From assembly GCA_951804945.1 (NCBI GenBank), contig OX638158.1, positions 31,620,001 to 31,684,000 of the forward strand: a stretch of DNA of 64,000 nucleotides, written 5' to 3'. This DNA comes from Podarcis cretensis. Its lineage: Eukaryota. Numbering within the stretch: position 1 is the stretch's first letter; the number at the start of each line of letters is the position of its first letter. Position numbers and translations under genes: made by a program. Under the pieces are notes generated by a model. The model was not told where the DNA came from and made no database searches. It saw nothing but the letters and a program-made list of their open reading frames with translations. Shown here in pieces: positions 62,698 to 64,000 of the stretch.

Positions 62698-63541
62698 GCA
62701 AGGCCTTTTATTTCTGTGGTGTAACTTATGACAAGATCTCCCTGGGGCTGTGCTTCAGAAGTCACTTATTCCCAGCAGTCCCTTTCCAACTCTTGATTCT
62801 GGTGGTGCTTTGAAAGCAGTTGACCTCTAAAGAAATTAACTTCAGGCTTTACTAACATGATAACATTCTTGGTAACATGTCATTTAGGAACAGTGCACAT
62901 GTATATAAACAGCAGCTTTTCCTTCTTGAAAAGACATGGAGGTGACAACCAGGATAGGATCAGGGTGTTGCTCGTATGTATTTTAAAGCTGCAATCCATC
63001 TACGTGTTTGTCTGGGCTCAAGTTCTTGAAACCAGCGGAGTCTGAAACCCTGGACAGCTGCTGGAGGCCACCCAGCGTGACTGGGGAAGCACAGCTAGAT
63101 GAGCGGGGTATAAATAATAAAATTATTATTATTATTTGTGTACATTGTTTTCAGAAGATTTAGTGGTATAGAAATCTATATGCAAATAATAAATATTAGG
63201 ACAGCTAGCCACTTTAGGCATTTCATATGAGCCAGAATACAAATGTTCAAATGGAAAAGTAAACACCTTCATTTTCCTGTTTGGATTTCAACTGGCTGGT
63301 GCCCATATACCTCATAAGGGACTGTCAGAGTGGATTTTTCAACATCACCAATGGTGGTGGTCTGTGCATGCTTTGGGATCAGAATTGGAACTTAGTTATA
63401 CAGTTGTCCAAGCATGCACAACTGAATTCTTGACTCTCTAGATTGTAAAGTCCAGCTTTTCAAGGAATTATTATTTTTCAGATGTAGAAGGCTACTTGCT
63501 ACTTTCTTCCCCACACCTAAAGCTGGTGTTCTTTGCTACAG

Positions 63542-63750
63542 ATGGCGCGGAGCCAAACTCCAGCAAGCTCTTGGGGATCCCACTGGTTGAAGAGCCACAG
63601 CACAGGCTGAAATGGCAGGCCCACTTGGAATTCACACACAACCATGACGTGGGGGACCTCACCTGGGACAAGATAGAAGTCACACTTCCACGTTCCGATA
63701 AGCTGCGATCATTGGTGTTGGCTGGCATTCCTCATAGCATGAGGCCACAG
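63542..63750 (+). CDS. SGSM3: SGSM3 exon (…[18 protein letters not shown]…[11 protein letters not shown]), start of the TBC Rab-GAP domain
   Basis: AG/GT boundaries, 209 nt; GIPxxxR TBC motif. Confidence 0.96.
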
Positions 63751-63851
63751 GTGAGGCATTCCTGGTTAATCATGAAGGTGAGGAGAGCTTGCTGGTGAGG
63801 TTTCCTGTCTTAATCATAAAACCCTTTCTTTCTTTCCTTCATTTCACCCAG

Positions 63852-63959
63852 CTGTGGATGAGACTGTCAGGTGCTCTGCAGAAGAAGCGAAATTCAGAAA
63901 TGTCATATCGGGAAATTGTGAAAAACAGCTCCAATGATGAAACCATTGCTGCCAAACAA
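63852..63959 (+). CDS. SGSM3: SGSM3 exon ([19 protein letters not shown]…AAKQ); gene continues beyond the window
   Basis: cccag acceptor, CAA|gtgggt donor, 108 nt. Confidence 0.95.
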
Positions 63960-64000
63960 GTGGGTACTTTGCCATGGGTTAGTTCTTGGGGCTCAAGAAA

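Overview
Vertebrate genomic DNA, almost certainly a squamate reptile (Sauria SINE, BovB, tRNA/CR1-tailed SINE and TA-flanked CAGTGGTACCTC MITEs; the repeat mix looks lacertid-like). It carries the conserved amniote + strand gene block TNRC6B-ADSL-SGSM3. TNRC6B (GW182 family): the last 13 coding exons (Q-rich region, CIM1, PAM2, PPGL, RRM, CIM2) and a ~12 kb 3'UTR with two assembly gaps. ADSL (adenylosuccinate lyase): complete, 13 exons, 1446 nt, 481 aa. SGSM3: CpG-island promoter and first five coding exons. Introns hold many transposon remnants. I found no wholly new gene system. The best leads are: (i) a module in the TNRC6B 3'UTR made of a near-consensus CORE-SINE carrying let-7 sites plus a duplicated 28-nt stem-loop whose single difference keeps the pairing; (ii) a distal miRNA 8mer cluster that a proximal AATAAA would remove; (iii) a Pro-to-Ala change in the ADSL catalytic SS-loop signature; (iv) an AUU codon in perfect Kozak context opening a 57-codon overlapping ORF in SGSM3; (v) non-canonical splice sites; (vi) inverted MITEs bracketing ADSL exons. 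Comparisons with human or yeast proteins and repeat consensuses are from memory and need alignment.
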